Part shown: piece after piece, positions 25,379 to 38,397 of the stretch
Layout: each line of letters starts with the position of its first letter
How positions within the stretch are numbered: the first letter of the stretch is position 1
Origin: Chiloscyllium plagiosum
Taxonomy: Eukaryota
Length of the DNA: 64,000 nucleotides
Assembly (NCBI RefSeq): GCF_004010195.1
Contig: NC_057719.1
Span: 65,537,634 to 65,601,633, forward strand
Direction: 5' to 3'
Notes under the pieces: model-generated
Told to the model about the DNA's origin: nothing
The model's database searches: none
The model's input: only the letters and a program-made list of their open reading frames with translations
Program-made: the position numbers and the translations under genes

Positions 25379-26310
25379 AATTCCTTCAGTTTCTTAATTT
25401 GGATTTTCTTCAGTACAATCTTTTGCAGTTTGGTTTTATGTAAAAGTGCCTGTGTTGTGGTGAGCATGGTAGGTGCAGTGAGCAAGATCAATATTGGATT
25501 TGTTACAGAATATTTATTTCATATGATGAAACATAATGATGGTCATTATTGGCAGATTAATTATATTGTTAAAATACAGAGGTAAAGTTCATTGTTTAAC
25601 AAAGATTCAGCAAAATCTATAAAGAGTGACTGCCGAATACACTGCCCATGGTGTCCATCCACACCCTTGAAGGCTTTAAAGAGAGTTAGGCACTGTCAGG
25701 TGCCAGACTGCATTATCTTACCCTCCAAAACCATTTAGATTTAACCTCTTGCTCTTGCCCTGTCTTTATTTTTTTGCTGTTGTTGCACTTCCCCTGGTGG
25801 ACACTGCAGGGCTGGAGTGCACTATCAACTCCCAAAATGAAATTTTAATTTAATTTGTTAACCTTCCTTTAAAATTGTGATCTTTGTATCAGTGCTTCTT
25901 TAAGGGACTGCCACTTGTTTATTTGGTTTCATTTGGTGTTATCGTGTTTTCAAAAGAGGTTAGCAAGGACACTGGAGTGGTGGGTAGAATATAGACATAA
26001 ATATATCTGCATTCTATAAATTGAATCTATCAAGTAAACAATGCACCTTGTTTCCTATTTCACCATCTGGCTTGGGATCCAATGAATGCAGGTAAAACTT
26101 ATTAAAGACTGGCTTGCTAAATTTGTTGGCTTTTCAGTTATGGCTATTCATTATTACATTTTATTTTACAAACCAGTATTTTTCTTGTTATAGTGAGCTT
26201 GATTGATGCAGTTAGGTTGCTGATAGCATCTTGTATGTTGTGATGATTGTGGTCAACAGTGTATCTTGGCGTGGTTTAGTTCATAACGAAGTTTCTATTT
26301 GATATTGCAG

Positions 26311-26448
26311 TGCGGTGAGTGTGCATGCAGGAACAGGTCTTGTTTTCACAAGAAAGTACTAATCCTCCAGCATGATGAACTTGGTGTGTGTGGCGAGTGT
26401 GGTAAGCCTCTCCTTCCAATGGGGAAGGATGCAGTTTGGAAGAATGCA
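26311..26448 (+). CDS. Candidate 138-nt phase 0-0 coding exon, Cys-rich zinc-ribbon-like peptide CGECACRNRSCFHKKVLILQHDELGVCGECGKPLLPMGKDAVWKNA
   Basis: Branch-like cataac, acceptor gtttctatttgatattgcAG, donor GCA|GTGAGT; only this frame is open across the interval; two CxxC motifs; unique-looking flanks. Protein not recognised. Confidence 0.5.
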
Positions 26449-26646
26449 GTGAGTTAGAGCTTGCCGCAAACCAAAAAATTGAAAACATGGTTTTATGAGC
26501 AGATAAATAAAAAAAGCTTCACAACAAATGCATTCCACAACATGAAATCATAAGGGTGAAGGATAGAGCTCAAGTCACACGATCCCATTCTTGCCGTTAC
26601 AAGCCCATTTGAACTCTATAAAATGGAAAAGAACCCTGTCAGCACA

Positions 26647-26803
26647 TTGAGTATCTGTGATTGTGTAAAGTTAAAAATCACACAATGCCAGGTTATAGTC
26701 CAACAGGTTTATTTGGAAGCTGGAACCTGCTGTACTATAACCTGGTGTTGTGTGATTATTAACTTTGTCCACCCAGTCCAACACCAGCACCTCCAAATCA
26801 TGA
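26647..26803. mobile_element. PLE-type terminal foldback (second family)
   Basis: Inverted arms aaagttaaaaatcacacaatgccaggttatagt / actataacctggtgttgtgtgattattaacttt, then terminus shared with 5951-5999. Confidence 0.7.
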
Positions 26804-26889
26804 TTGTATAAAGGCTGTTAGTGCTATTTTGCTGTGACCTGCCTGCTGAATTGATCTGATCTGAATTCCTTTCTGGTGAAGCAGAGTAT

Positions 26890-27360
26890 TATGTATACTT
26901 CTTTCAATTTAGTCCTCTGTATTCGCTGCTCACAATGCAGTTCCTTCTACATGGTGAAAACCAAACACAATTTGGGAGAGCTCTTTGTGGAACATCTCCA
27001 TTCAGTCCACAAGCATGACCCCAAGCTTTAGGTGGCCTGTTATTTGAATTCTCCATTTTGCTCTAATGTTGATATCTTGATTGTTGGCCTATTCTGCTGT
27101 CCTGGTTAAGCTCAATGTAAATTTGAGGAACAGTTCCTCATCTTTCAGTTAAACAGTTTAGTCTTTTCCAGGCTGAAAGTTAAGTTCAATAAGTTCAGAT
27201 TGTAAACTCCACCCTTCCTCCATTTGGATAACATGGGCCAAGAAATTCCTTCACCTGTCTGCTCTACCTTCTCACCAGCTCTCTCCTCACCAAACACACT
27301 CTTTCTTTGCCAGCGAAAGTCTGTTCAGCTGCCCTTCCACTTCCATCATCATCATCACAT
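26890..27360 (+). mobile_element. Penelope-like GIY-YIG relic and pyrimidine-rich 3' UTR
   Basis: TSFNLVLCIRCSQCSSFYMVKTKHNLGELFVEHL...KFEEQFLIFQL...LKVKFNKFRL, colinear with the 18164 element peptide. Confidence 0.8.
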
Positions 27361-27379
27361 GCTGCTAGAGGTCTGGTTA

Positions 27380-28750
27380 TACATGGGATGTGAGTATTGC
27401 TGGCTGGGTCAGTCTTTATTACCTGGCCCTAGATACCTGTGAGAAGATGATGGTGAGCTGCCTTCATGAACTGCTGCAATTCATTTGGGATCTACAATAA
27501 TGCTGGAGAGGAAGCCCCCAGATTTTAACCCAGCCACACTGAAGAAACAGTGATATATTAGCAGTTAGGAGGTGAGTGGGTTGGAGGTAAAATTACAAGC
27601 AGCAGTATTCCAATGTATCCACTGCCCTTGTCCTTCTAGGTGATAGATGCCAAGTTTCTGGAAGATGCTGTCGAAGGAGCCTTGATGAATTTCTGCAGAG
27701 CATCTTGTAGATGGTACATTTTGCTGCTCCTGAGTGTCAGTGGTGGAGGGAGTGGATGTTTGTGCATGTGCTGGCAATCAAATGGGCTGCTTTATCCTGG
27801 AAGGTGTCAAGATTCTTTAGTGTTGTTGGAGCCATATTCATCCAGACAAGAGGGTAGTATTCCATCACACTCCTGACTTGTGTCTTGTGGACAGGATTTG
27901 GGGAGTCAGGAGGTGAGTTACTCATATTCCTAGCCTCTGATCTGCTCCTGTTACCATAGTATTTCTAAGGATAGTCCAGTTGACTCCGAGGATGTTGATA
28001 GTGGAGGATATAGTATTGGCGATGCCAGGGGCAGTAATTCGACTCTCTCTTGTTAGAGATGATCATTACAATTACTTGTGCAGTGGAAATGCTACTTATC
28101 ACTTCCAACCAAAGCCTGGATGTTGTCCAGGTCTTGCTGCATTTGAACATGGACTACTTTAGTATCTAACAAGTCACAAATGATGCAGAACTTTGTGCAA
28201 TCATCGCCGAACATCAACACTTCCAACCTTAAAATGAAGAGAAGGTTATTGATGAAACAGATGGAGGTGGTTGGGCCTAGAACACCACCCTGAGGAATAC
28301 TTGCAGAGATGACCTGGAGCTGAGATGACTGAGCTCCAACAACAACAACCATCTTCCTATGTGTCAGGTGTGACTCCAATCAGTGGAGAGATTTCCTCCA
28401 ATACCCATTAAATCTAGTTTTGCTTGGGCTCCTTGATGCCACACCCAGGTGAACGCAACACTGTTGTCACACTCACCTCACCTCTGAAGTTCAACTTTTT
28501 TTCCACATTTGATCCAAGTACAGAAGCTGATTGACACAGGCAGAACCAAACTGGCTGTCAGTGAGCAGGTTGTTGCTCGGCAAATGCTGCTTGATAGCAC
28601 TGTTGATGACAATTTCCTGATTTTTAAGAATGGGTTGATGGGGTAGTAATTGACTGGGTTGGACTTGTGCTGATTTTTGCTCGCATACTTCGGCAATTTT
28701 CTCTATGTTGCAACTATACAGTAACAGCTTAGTGAAGGGCACGGGCTAGG
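27380..28750 (-). mobile_element. LINE family B, RT to 3' end
   Basis: SNPVNYYPI, INSAIKQHLPSNNLLTDSQFG, IPQGGVLGP, MFGDDC, MQQDLDNIQ, QVRSVMEYYPLVW. Confidence 0.9.
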
Positions 28751-28789
28751 GATCTTTATCCTAAATATCCTTTGCTCAAAACTTATTAC

Positions 28790-28930
28790 ATCTCTAATTT
28801 TTACTAATTCTGATGAAAGGTAACTGACTTAAAATGCTAGCTTTGTTTCAAAATCCACAGATGCTCGCTCACCTGCTGAATATCTCCGCCATTTTCTGCT
28901 TTCATTTCAGATTTCCTCACTGCATTTTTC
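28790..28930 (+). mobile_element. PLE pLTR terminus, likely continuation of 26890-27360
   Basis: ttctgatgaaagg...ccacagatgctcgctcacctgctgaatatctccgccattttctgctttcatttcagatttcc. Confidence 0.7.
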
Positions 28931-30377
28931 AGTGTTTGGTATGAACATAGATTCTTTGGTGCTTATTGTGCGCATTGAAATATATCTTTTAAAGGTAGAA
29001 TCAGTAGAATTAGATAAAAAATGAGCTGCACACAGATTATATTATAAACAGAGGAGATTCTCATCCATGAGTAAGTTATAGCAGTGAAGAGTAGCTGATA
29101 TGGGAACAAGACAGATAATGCTGATCAGCAAATCATTGAAAGCAGGATATTTTACCTTAAGTAATGTAATATACTATTTAATTCTGCCAAAGTATTCCAA
29201 GCGATATAGTGGAGAAATAACAGCAGTTCACATTCCTAATGGTATTTGATTAACCAACATATTTTGGAATCATTTTCCACTCTGCTAAAATTCCAAATGC
29301 TTAGCATTATTTTCTGATACCTAGCATTATATCATACTGTGTTTAGTTCCACAGGACCTCAGTTATCTTTGTGCTGCATTGCACTCCCTAGTAGAGAGGT
29401 TTAGATAAATTATTTGAAGTCTTTCCAAAGTCCCTCATGTCATTGCTAGGGGGCACTAGTGGACAGCTTGCGATGACTTGATCCATAGGTTTGTTTCTTT
29501 GTATCACTATCTCTCAAAACACATTCAATCATGATAAATAAAATGGAGATTCAAAGTTTAAATAGTTCTCCTCTGCTAAAGTAAAACTGCTACTAATGAT
29601 CTGTAAGAAAATCACAGATTGCTACGTGAAATGATTTGAAGACACTTATAACCTTGTACAATGTGCTACATACTCGAGGCTTATCTTTGATGAGTGGCGC
29701 TAGTTGCTTCACTAGTGATCTGCTTCAGCTTAATTGGCCAGGATATGCATGATACCTTGGCCATAAGCCACTAATTTATAACATTATTCCATTTGGGCAT
29801 CATTCACATTGATTGTGGTATCACACTGCTTAGTGAGAAGTTGCAGAATGATTTAAAATTGCCAGGAAGCTTAGTCTGAAATCAGTTCAAAATGTAAACA
29901 TTAATTACCTAAACTGTGTTTTATAAGCAATCATATATAGGACAAATGACACTAATTAATCCACTCTAACCCTTTCAGTGCAAACTTCAATTTATGTCAA
30001 GCATATTATAGTGGCTGAGTGTATTATGTGTAAAATAGTACTCAGTTACTGCGCGTTGTGAACTCTACCTTCACCTGCTGGTGGCTTGCAGAGTAGCAGA
30101 TGGATTATTTTGGTCCGTTCCAAAATTTTCTGGAGTTGTCTACCACTGAGTATTGCAGATTGGCACATTCCAATGTCCAGGATTAAGTACTGAAGGCTGC
30201 ACTAAAGCTTGGGTCAGCAATTACAGTTGCCGTCTGAAGCCTGTCAGACAAAGTTCAGGAAGACCTGGAAAAAGTAAGATAAGATGTTAGTCCTGTCTGT
30301 GAGATATGCTGCTGAGAAACAAGATATATCATCATAGGAAGTGATGTAATGTCACATATTCTTGCTTTCTCCTGCAG

Positions 30378-30404
30378 CTTCATAGCAAGAAGAAGCCACA
30401 GTAA
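30378..30404 (+). CDS. Candidate terminal coding exon LHSKKKPQ*
   Basis: Strong acceptor ttcttgctttctcctgcAG at 30377; phase 0 fits 26448; TAA 30402-30404; AATAAA 30416-30421. Confidence 0.35.
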   Translation, partial: LHSKKKPQ

Positions 30405-30887
30405 CATGTCTCTGCAATAAAAGTAATGTTTTCCCCATCTCAGCAGACTCCGGAAAGTTTCTTCAGCAGCACATCCCCAAAGGCAAAAAGCTTTAAAAAT
30501 CTGTATCCGTGAAATCATGAATTGTGAATTAACCTGTCCACACCAAAAAAATGCAACATTTCTGACCAAAACTCACATATATATATTTTTTAACCTATCT
30601 TTGACTTAGTTATAGCTCCGCACAATCAAACTTCATCATTCGCAGGAGTTCTCAGGAATGGAACCCTCGCAGATATGGAGGAATGATTGGACAGTAATAC
30701 TTGGAAAGTATCATGCTTAGGTGCCATTTTAAGGTTTACAAGTCAGATCAATACACATGATTCACAATTTTACTGTTTTATCCTTCTGGGCACTGAGGTG
30801 AACATTATTATAGAAATGGACCAAAACACCTCAAACTGTAAGTAATGACATTGCAAATATTATTTGTCATTGTAAGTGTTGTCAGTA

Positions 30888-30954
30888 ATATATATGTATA
30901 TATAGGTATGTGTGTGTGTGTGTGTATATACATATATATAAATAAATATATATA
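30888..30954. repeat. Compound (TA)n/(TG)n microsatellite
   Basis: tatatatgtatatataggtatgtgtgtgtgtgtgtgtatatacatatatata. Confidence 0.9.
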
Positions 30955-33814
30955 GTAACATTTCTGAAAAAATTAATGTGGAAAATGGATTAGTTCCACC
31001 CAGACTCATAATGCCACACACTCTCTAGCTGGAGAAAAGTTAGATTTGTTTGAGTTTGCAATGACATTGCCATGACATACCTGGCTCCTGGTACTTGAAA
31101 TTGTGCCTAAATAGCCAATGTTAATTGTACCTATTGCATTCATGCAATCAGCTATGCCCTGTTATGCAAGACAAGCACCTCTTCTTGTGATGAACTCTAT
31201 ATTGCATTGATGGTATACAGGTCCTTAGATTAGCAGAAAGGAGGAATGGTTGTAGTGATCTATCGCAATCACTAACCATCAGTGTTTGGTAACCAGAAGA
31301 TACAAATATCATGGAACAGGAAGGATTCAAATCCCACTTGAAACTGAAGAAAAGACAAGTGACATTATCACTTTAAGAACATACTACTTTAAGAAGAAAC
31401 ACTCAATCAGCAACTGAAATGTGAAAACCAACAAGCAGTCAGCATTAGCCATGTGTGTAGCAGCAAAGCTCCAGAAGAAGACCTTTTCCTCAGAGTTGGT
31501 AAGAGGAACAGGTTGGAAAAGAGTCAAGGCAATCTACATTGGGAGAAAGCAGAGAGAAGAAAGCTCTACAAGGAGCAATTGAAGGATCTATAAATAAAGT
31601 TAGGGATCCCTGGGGGAAAAGGAAAATGCTTTAACAAAACTAAAGACCAGGTAGAGAAGGAAAGCAAGTAAAAAGAGATTTTTTTTCCTCTCAATATGAG
31701 CATTGCTTTCAGGGTGAATAGGCTTCACCCTACGCAGCTGCAAAGGAAAAAGTCAGGGTCTGAAAAACCATTTATGTCAGAGGCTGCATATGTTAGTTTT
31801 GGTCACAAAAAGGAAAGTTTAGCTGAATGGATGAGAGAGTCTAAGATAACAATTTTAAGATACTGATTTTGGCAGAAAGACTTATTAAGCTACAGACAGA
31901 AGTTTAGTTTAAATGTTGTGCAGGGTGTCTGCTTTGCGTGTTAGGTCATGAAAGACTAAAAAGCAATGGTTTTACCTGGAAGATGCGGGAAAGCCTCCAT
32001 TTTGGCAACAAAACATAGGAAAGCCATCCAGAAGGTGGAAACCACTATTTTGCCATTTTTAAAAAAAGCAGGAAAGTCACTACCAAACAGTAGAGAGCTA
32101 TAGTTATGCCATTTAATATCTTTTGTAACTTGAAAGAAATAATATAACAAATGATTGCTAATTAACAGAATTTAAAGCTATCAGAGAATTATATACTGTA
32201 TTGCTAAAATTTTGAATGCACTTTATGACAACAGACTTGATTTAATGCAAGAATATAAACTGGAAGCTTAACATTAAGGTGCTGCAGATTTAAAACAGCT
32301 TTAGGGCAATAAGCATAAATAAACACTTGAAGAAGAAATGGAAGCAGAAATGATCATTACTTGGTTCTATTACCAGCGCTCCCACCTGTATTTGTTGATC
32401 ATCCATTTCTGGGAAGAAGTGGACTCTGAATTGAATAATTTCATATCACATCCAATTATAGATGGTGAGCCCCTGCCTGAGGTCACAGAAAGCACTACCA
32501 GCAGTCTCACTAGCAGAGATGGGTGCTGCATTTTAGCTGGGGTCTACAAGGATACCTCTATCCTGAGATTACTGTGTCCACAACTGCCAGGTCACCATAT
32601 GGAGGGAGAAGTCCTATGGATCCAATGGGAGAGTTAAGAATAGGAAGCCTTTTGGATGGTATCATGTTCAAAGTCACCCTATGTTCACTAACCTGAAGAA
32701 TATGTTCTTTTTGAATTAATTTACAACAAAGAAGGAACCAAAGTGCGCAATGGAAAAGGATCAAATCGGATGTGCATTTTGCTGGATGAATTAACCTGTG
32801 TGTCTTTGAAAGACACTAAGGTGTGAAAGTTTATTCACCTGGCTTAAAATGCTGTGTTGCGCAAATTGCCCTGATTCTCCATGGCCAGCATCACCATTGC
32901 ATACACGACCCATAGCATTGTCTACTCCGAGATAATCAATGTCGTTTGTATTGTTCTGCTTGAAGAGGCACTGATAAACAAATATCTCACTCCTTCATCC
33001 TGGGGCAGCATGAAATGAATTGATCCATATGCATGTCATTGAATAGCATATATTCTTCTTACTTCACAGTTTTGTTCAAGATTGGACTTAAGAATTGTCT
33101 GGATATATTGTGATTGTGATGCTGGGTAAGCAGATCTGACATCATCCAAAACTACCCAATCAAAGAAGTTATAACATAAATGATACAAATGCAATTAGTA
33201 TGTATGAAAAAGCTTCTTTAAAAGTCTTCAGGTACAAATTATTGAAGCTCAGGTGAATAAATAATTGCTTTAAGATTGTTAATTCCAGCAACATTGACGA
33301 TATAGCCTCAGAAATTCAATGAATATCTGCAGATATATTTTCCATAGACAGTTAAGTTGGTCGCAATGCTCCGTGATATTGTATTTATTGATGTGGTGCT
33401 GTTTCTTGACTAGACCCTTCAAATGAAACTTTTGAAAGTCTTCGTGATTGGTGTCAATGAGAAAAAGGAATAAAAATAGGTAGGTTTAAAGAGGTGATTT
33501 TAGAATATCATAAATCATGAACAGCTCACCCCTACCTTCCCCAACTCCACAAAACCACCATCTTCTTCTATCCACTACCATTAAAATTACCAGTACCATG
33601 ACTTCCTCTCCCAAAGGCAGTCAAACTCGAGTTCGAAGTTAATGTGCAAGACTCAAATAGATCAGTTAGTAGCAGATCAAAGGATATAAGCAAGACTAAA
33701 TAAAGTGGCATGTGGATTAGTTTTCCTAACCTTTCATCCTGACAAGTGGAAATTGGGTAAAGTATGTGAATCTAGTTTGCACTGCTTACTTCCTGAATGC
33801 ACACAAAGCTCAAG

Positions 33815-34625
33815 TGTTAACTATGAAGAGAGATTGGACTAACTTAGTTTGTTTTCACTTGAATGTCGGAAGCTGAAGAGTGACCTGATAGAAATTTACA
33901 AAATTATGAGAGATATGAATAGGATGGATAGTTGGAGTCTTTTTCCCAGTAAATATCAATTACTAGGGAAAAATAAGTTTAAGGTAAAAGGGAGAAAGTT
34001 TAAAGGAGATGTGAGATGCAATTTTTTTTACATAGCGTGGGTGCCTGGAATGCACTGCCACAGAAGGTGGTAGAAGCATTTGAGATAGTAGTGTCTAAGA
34101 GGCTCCTTGACAGATATATGAATAGACAGGGAAGAGAGTGATATGGACTATGTAGAGGCAAAAGGTTTATAGTTTAGAAAGGCATCATGTGTCAGTGCAT
34201 CTTGGTGGGGCAAAGGGCCTGTTCCTGTGCTATACTAATTTTGTTCTTTGCAAACAATCTCAGATGCTTTATGAGGAGTGTTAGAATTGAAGTGTATAAG
34301 ATCCTGAATGATTTTGACCAGGTGGGTGTGGAAGGGATGTTTCCTCATGTGTGTCCAGAACTTTGTGACCCTGTTTTAAAATTAGGGCTTTCTCTTTTAG
34401 GTCAGAGACAAAGAGGTTTCTTAGAGCGCTGTGTGACATTGGAACTCTCTGCTTCAGAAGTTAGAGGAGATGAGGTCATTGAATACTTTTAAGACAGAGA
34501 ATGAGAGGTTATCCGGGATAGATGGGAATGTGAAAGTGGGAACACAACCAGATCAGCCATGATCCTATTGAATGGCTTGAAGGGTCAAATGTCTTACGTC
34601 TGTACCAGAATTTGTATGTTCATAT
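33815..34625 (+). mobile_element. Two tandem CR1 3' fragments (about 33815-34245 and 34270-34625)
   Basis: YEERLD.LSLFSLECRKLKSDLIEIYKIM; second IEVYKILNDFD; CR1-type 3' UTRs. Confidence 0.85.
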
Positions 34626-36239
34626 GTTTGTAAAATGATCTTAACAATTTACACAAGATGCTTGCTCTCTATAGTGTTTCAAGGTCATCCCAATGAAAGC
34701 CACTTGAGTAAGAAGGAGCACCTGATAAAGTCACAATATTGTTGCTAAAATAACAAGGCTTTCCACATGTTTCCAATTATGCTGCTGTTTATTCAGATAT
34801 TGGACACAGTCTTGAAACTAAGAAACTTTGGCAAACTCAGTATGGGAGTAACAGACCAAACTGATTATCTGTGTTAGACCTTAAACTTGTAACAGTTACG
34901 TTAGGAATTGCTTTGCTTGGTGAAATGGTGACAAAAACATATAAAATTCAGAACAACCTTGATAGTTATACAAGGAGAAGTTAGAATATCCACAAATGGC
35001 AGTTGAAATGTAGCACTTTCTGCCATAAACCATTATTCTGACAGTGCCATATGATCAGGACATACTTCTGTATGTGAGAGGCCTTTTGATTCACCTTAGT
35101 CTGTCCACCCAGAAAAAAAACCTGAATATCCTCCCCACTTGTTTTCTAAACGTTTTCTAGATTTTCATTTCCATTCCTTTATCTAGGTTGTTATGTCATG
35201 TCTTGAAGACTCTTTGAATGAGCCAAGGAGACAGACATAAAAGATCAATGACCAGAATAAATATTGATTGGAAAAGAATGTTTGTCATATCAGAAAAAGC
35301 AGTAAAAGTGGAAAACAAAATAAAAGAGATGAAACATAGTGTTTGGAAAGTAAATTCTGAAATTAAACATTATTCAATAAGAAAACACAGATTTTATACC
35401 ATTACACTTTTTAATATAACATGCTTTCTTTTCAGCCAAGTTTACAAAATTATGCTACCAAAGTTGTTGGAATTTGCTTTGATTTTCCAAATGATCCCAA
35501 CATCTCTATTGTACTGAACTGAACAATTTCAAACTGATAAGTCCTCATGATATTTTTTCCAAAGACTTAATTATAGTCAAATGTAGAGCAGACCTCATGA
35601 AAATGTCACACCGGCCTAATGATTTACAAAATCACTGGTGCTGTAAATCATACTGGAGACTTTTTTAAAAATCCATTTTATCTACAAATTTTGTGCAACA
35701 GGGAGTTATTTATCCTGCAGTGTGTTCTTTAGGTTCATTAGTATTCCTTCCTTTGGCCAATATTTTGGTGCAGACACAAAGGTACATCAATTAAACTTGC
35801 TTTTGGGGTCAGAGCCAATGCTTAGATGCCTTTCAGGACATGTCCCGAAGTGGGAAAACTGGAGACTTCAACATAATTTTGGCTGGACTTGAAATTATCA
35901 TTGGCTCTGGGACCAAAGAAGCTGCTGTGGAATTGGCTGTTATCCACACAATTGACTCTATGGGCCAAACTGAAGCTCAATTTTGAGTTAAGGCTACTTT
36001 ATAAGTTCATATGTCCCATTCGCATGGCAATCTGTAATTCACTAAAGTGGTGTTTAGGAGTCAGTCTCAGTATCAGTTGGAGTTCCTGGTGTTGAAGGGA
36101 GTGATAATCTTTAGACACCAGAAAGAAAGCAGTACAGAATCAAAGAAAAATCATAATGAAGTGGTTGTAAACTACATTTAATTGGCTTGGGTAAAATGCC
36201 TCCTATCCTTATTTTTTTAACTCAGAAACAAACTAAATA

Positions 36240-36445
36240 GACATTTGGTCTCTTGAGCTTGCTCTGCCATTTAATGAGATCATGGTTGATCTGTTCGAGT
36301 TTCAAACTCCACATTTCCATTTCGCCCTCGAGTCTTTCCTCCGATGTCTTAAAAATACTCAATGAAACCTCCTCCGCCTTCTGAGGCAGAGAATTCTGAA
36401 GTCACACAGCCCTCTGGGGAAAGAAAAATCTTCCCATCTCAGCCA
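36240..36445 (-). mobile_element. CR1 3' UTR fragment
   Basis: ttaatgagatcatggttgatctg and tctgaggcagagaattctgaagtcacacagccctctg match the reverse complement of 34420-34575. Confidence 0.7.
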
Positions 36446-36554
36446 TAAGTTTATTTTGAGTTATTTATGGTTGTAGCGAGTGTGGTTTGCTTTTCTCCTG
36501 ATCACCCTTTTTGCTGTGAATGACTCATATTCTTGGGAGATGTTTAGAACATAT

Positions 36555-36945
36555 CTGCTATGTCAGTGAATGCTCTCCTTTTTCAGTCATTAAGCCATAG
36601 ATTCAAGGTCCCAATCCGAGATCTAATGTAGACCAACACTCTTGTGCAGCAGTGAAGGAGTGCCTCACGTTTGTTAGCTGTTACCTTTTGGATTGGACAT
36701 TAAACAGAGGTGCTTCCAGGTAAAAGTAAAGTATTCCAAGGCACAATTTGAAGAGATCTGATTAATTTTCCTTGTGCCCTGGTTATCGTTTCTCTCTCAA
36801 CCAACATCACTAAGACATGTGCTTGTTGTGGCACACACTGATGCTTTGTTCGGTTTGATTGCTGTGTTTCCCTGCACTACTGTGGTGATGACATTGCTGA
36901 AGTAATGAATTGGTTGTAAAACATTTAGCACATCCTAGAGGTCAA
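36555..36945 (+). mobile_element. Decayed DeuSINE (SacSINE1-like)
   Basis: gtgcagcagtgaaggagtgc...ggacattaaacagagg...caaccaacatcactaa...attggttgtaaaacattt follows the Deu-domain consensus as recalled. Confidence 0.65.
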
Positions 36946-38297
36946 AACTATTCACTTAGCGGTGCTTCTTGCAGTGCTATAAAGGCCTAATTGCGGATGT
37001 GTACTGTAGTGCATAAGGTAGCACCAGATGCTTATTATGTCACCCACGTGTCGCGTTTAAATGTTCCATGTCTCATCATGTGATTCTGGTGACTGATCTA
37101 TGCTCACTCGTGCTTGTTTGGTTGAGCCTGGATGTGGACTCAGAGTTAAGTTGGCAGACTCTGAAGCAACTTAAACCTGAGCTGTAAACATGAGTGCAGA
37201 CATTTTGTGATTACAGAAATATTTGAAATCTCTTGGAAATAAGCCTGCTGCAGAATTAAAAACTAGTGTCATCTTTGCATTACTCAGAGAGATATAGCAC
37301 CACACAGTGGAGTCAGCTGGAGTGATGGATGTAGACACATCTCCTGTATGTGCTGAAATTTGTTGGAACATATAGCATTATGTTGTCAACAGTTGTTGCC
37401 ACAACTGGGTAATAACATTATCTAACAGTTCTGCAGTTAAAGCCTCCGTTTATCATTCCCAAAACATTTAAGAATGTTTCATAGAAGGAGCATTAAGAAG
37501 CAATTTGGACCCTTTTCTAAGGTTATTTAAAATACAAGTTCAAGTTGTCCCAGTCTGACCAATGGATACAAGAGAGGAGGTAAGCAGTTGAGCAAGAGTT
37601 ATTCACTGATTGAATAATGTGCCACCATTTGCAACAAGGTATCAAAGATTCCTACAACAATACAATGGCTTCCCAGCATAAACCAGCAGCTTCAGCAAAT
37701 ATAAGGAGAAAGCCGAAACATTAACATTTTCAAGTCAATAAGATTCTCCAAAAGCTCTGAGACCTGTTGAAATAATTGAACAAAATCTACCGCAGAAGTC
37801 AATGTGGCATTATAGTTGCCAATACATTTATTTCGTCCCTAAAATAATCTTATTTTCTCTCAATTTATTTTGCTTCAACGAAAACAAATCCCATAAATTT
37901 GCCAAAGAATGAGGAAACTCGAGCAGCATCGAATGCAATTTGTCACTTAAAATTCCATAATTATTTATGCCAATTGCACCAATATCAAGTTTCACCAAGA
38001 AACCCAATCTGGCACATTGGTATCTCCAGATCAACCATTTTAATGGGATTGTTTGGCCCACCGGTTGTGAGTAACATAATGTTAAATAGCTAAAATTAAC
38101 TTAACGAAGATATGCTATATAGCGCCATTTGCCAATTGTATTGGTGTACCACAGCCAGTTTGTTTGTTAAGCAAAGGGGAAAGATTATAAAAGTTTAAAA
38201 CGAGCCTTTTTGTTTCCTTGGATGTGAAAAATTGGCTCAATTTTCAGGGCCCCTGCTAAGGCAAAGGAATAGAGGGGTTTGTTGACAGGGTTAGAAG

Positions 38298-38397
38298 ATG
38301 GAGTCAAAGACTGTGGTGCTGGAAAAGCACAGCCGATCAGGCAGCATCTGAGGAGCAGGAGAGTTGACATTTCCAGCATAAGCTCTTCATCAGGAAT
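38298..38397 (-). mobile_element. PLE pLTR mini-insertion with 9-bp TSD
   Basis: ggttagaag at 38289-38297 and 38398-38406; minus strand ttcctgatgaagagcttatgctggaaatgtc. Confidence 0.8.

Noticed and set aside
30990..32720. Possible LTR retroelement remnant
   Set aside because: No paired LTRs, primer binding site or readable gag/pol motifs.
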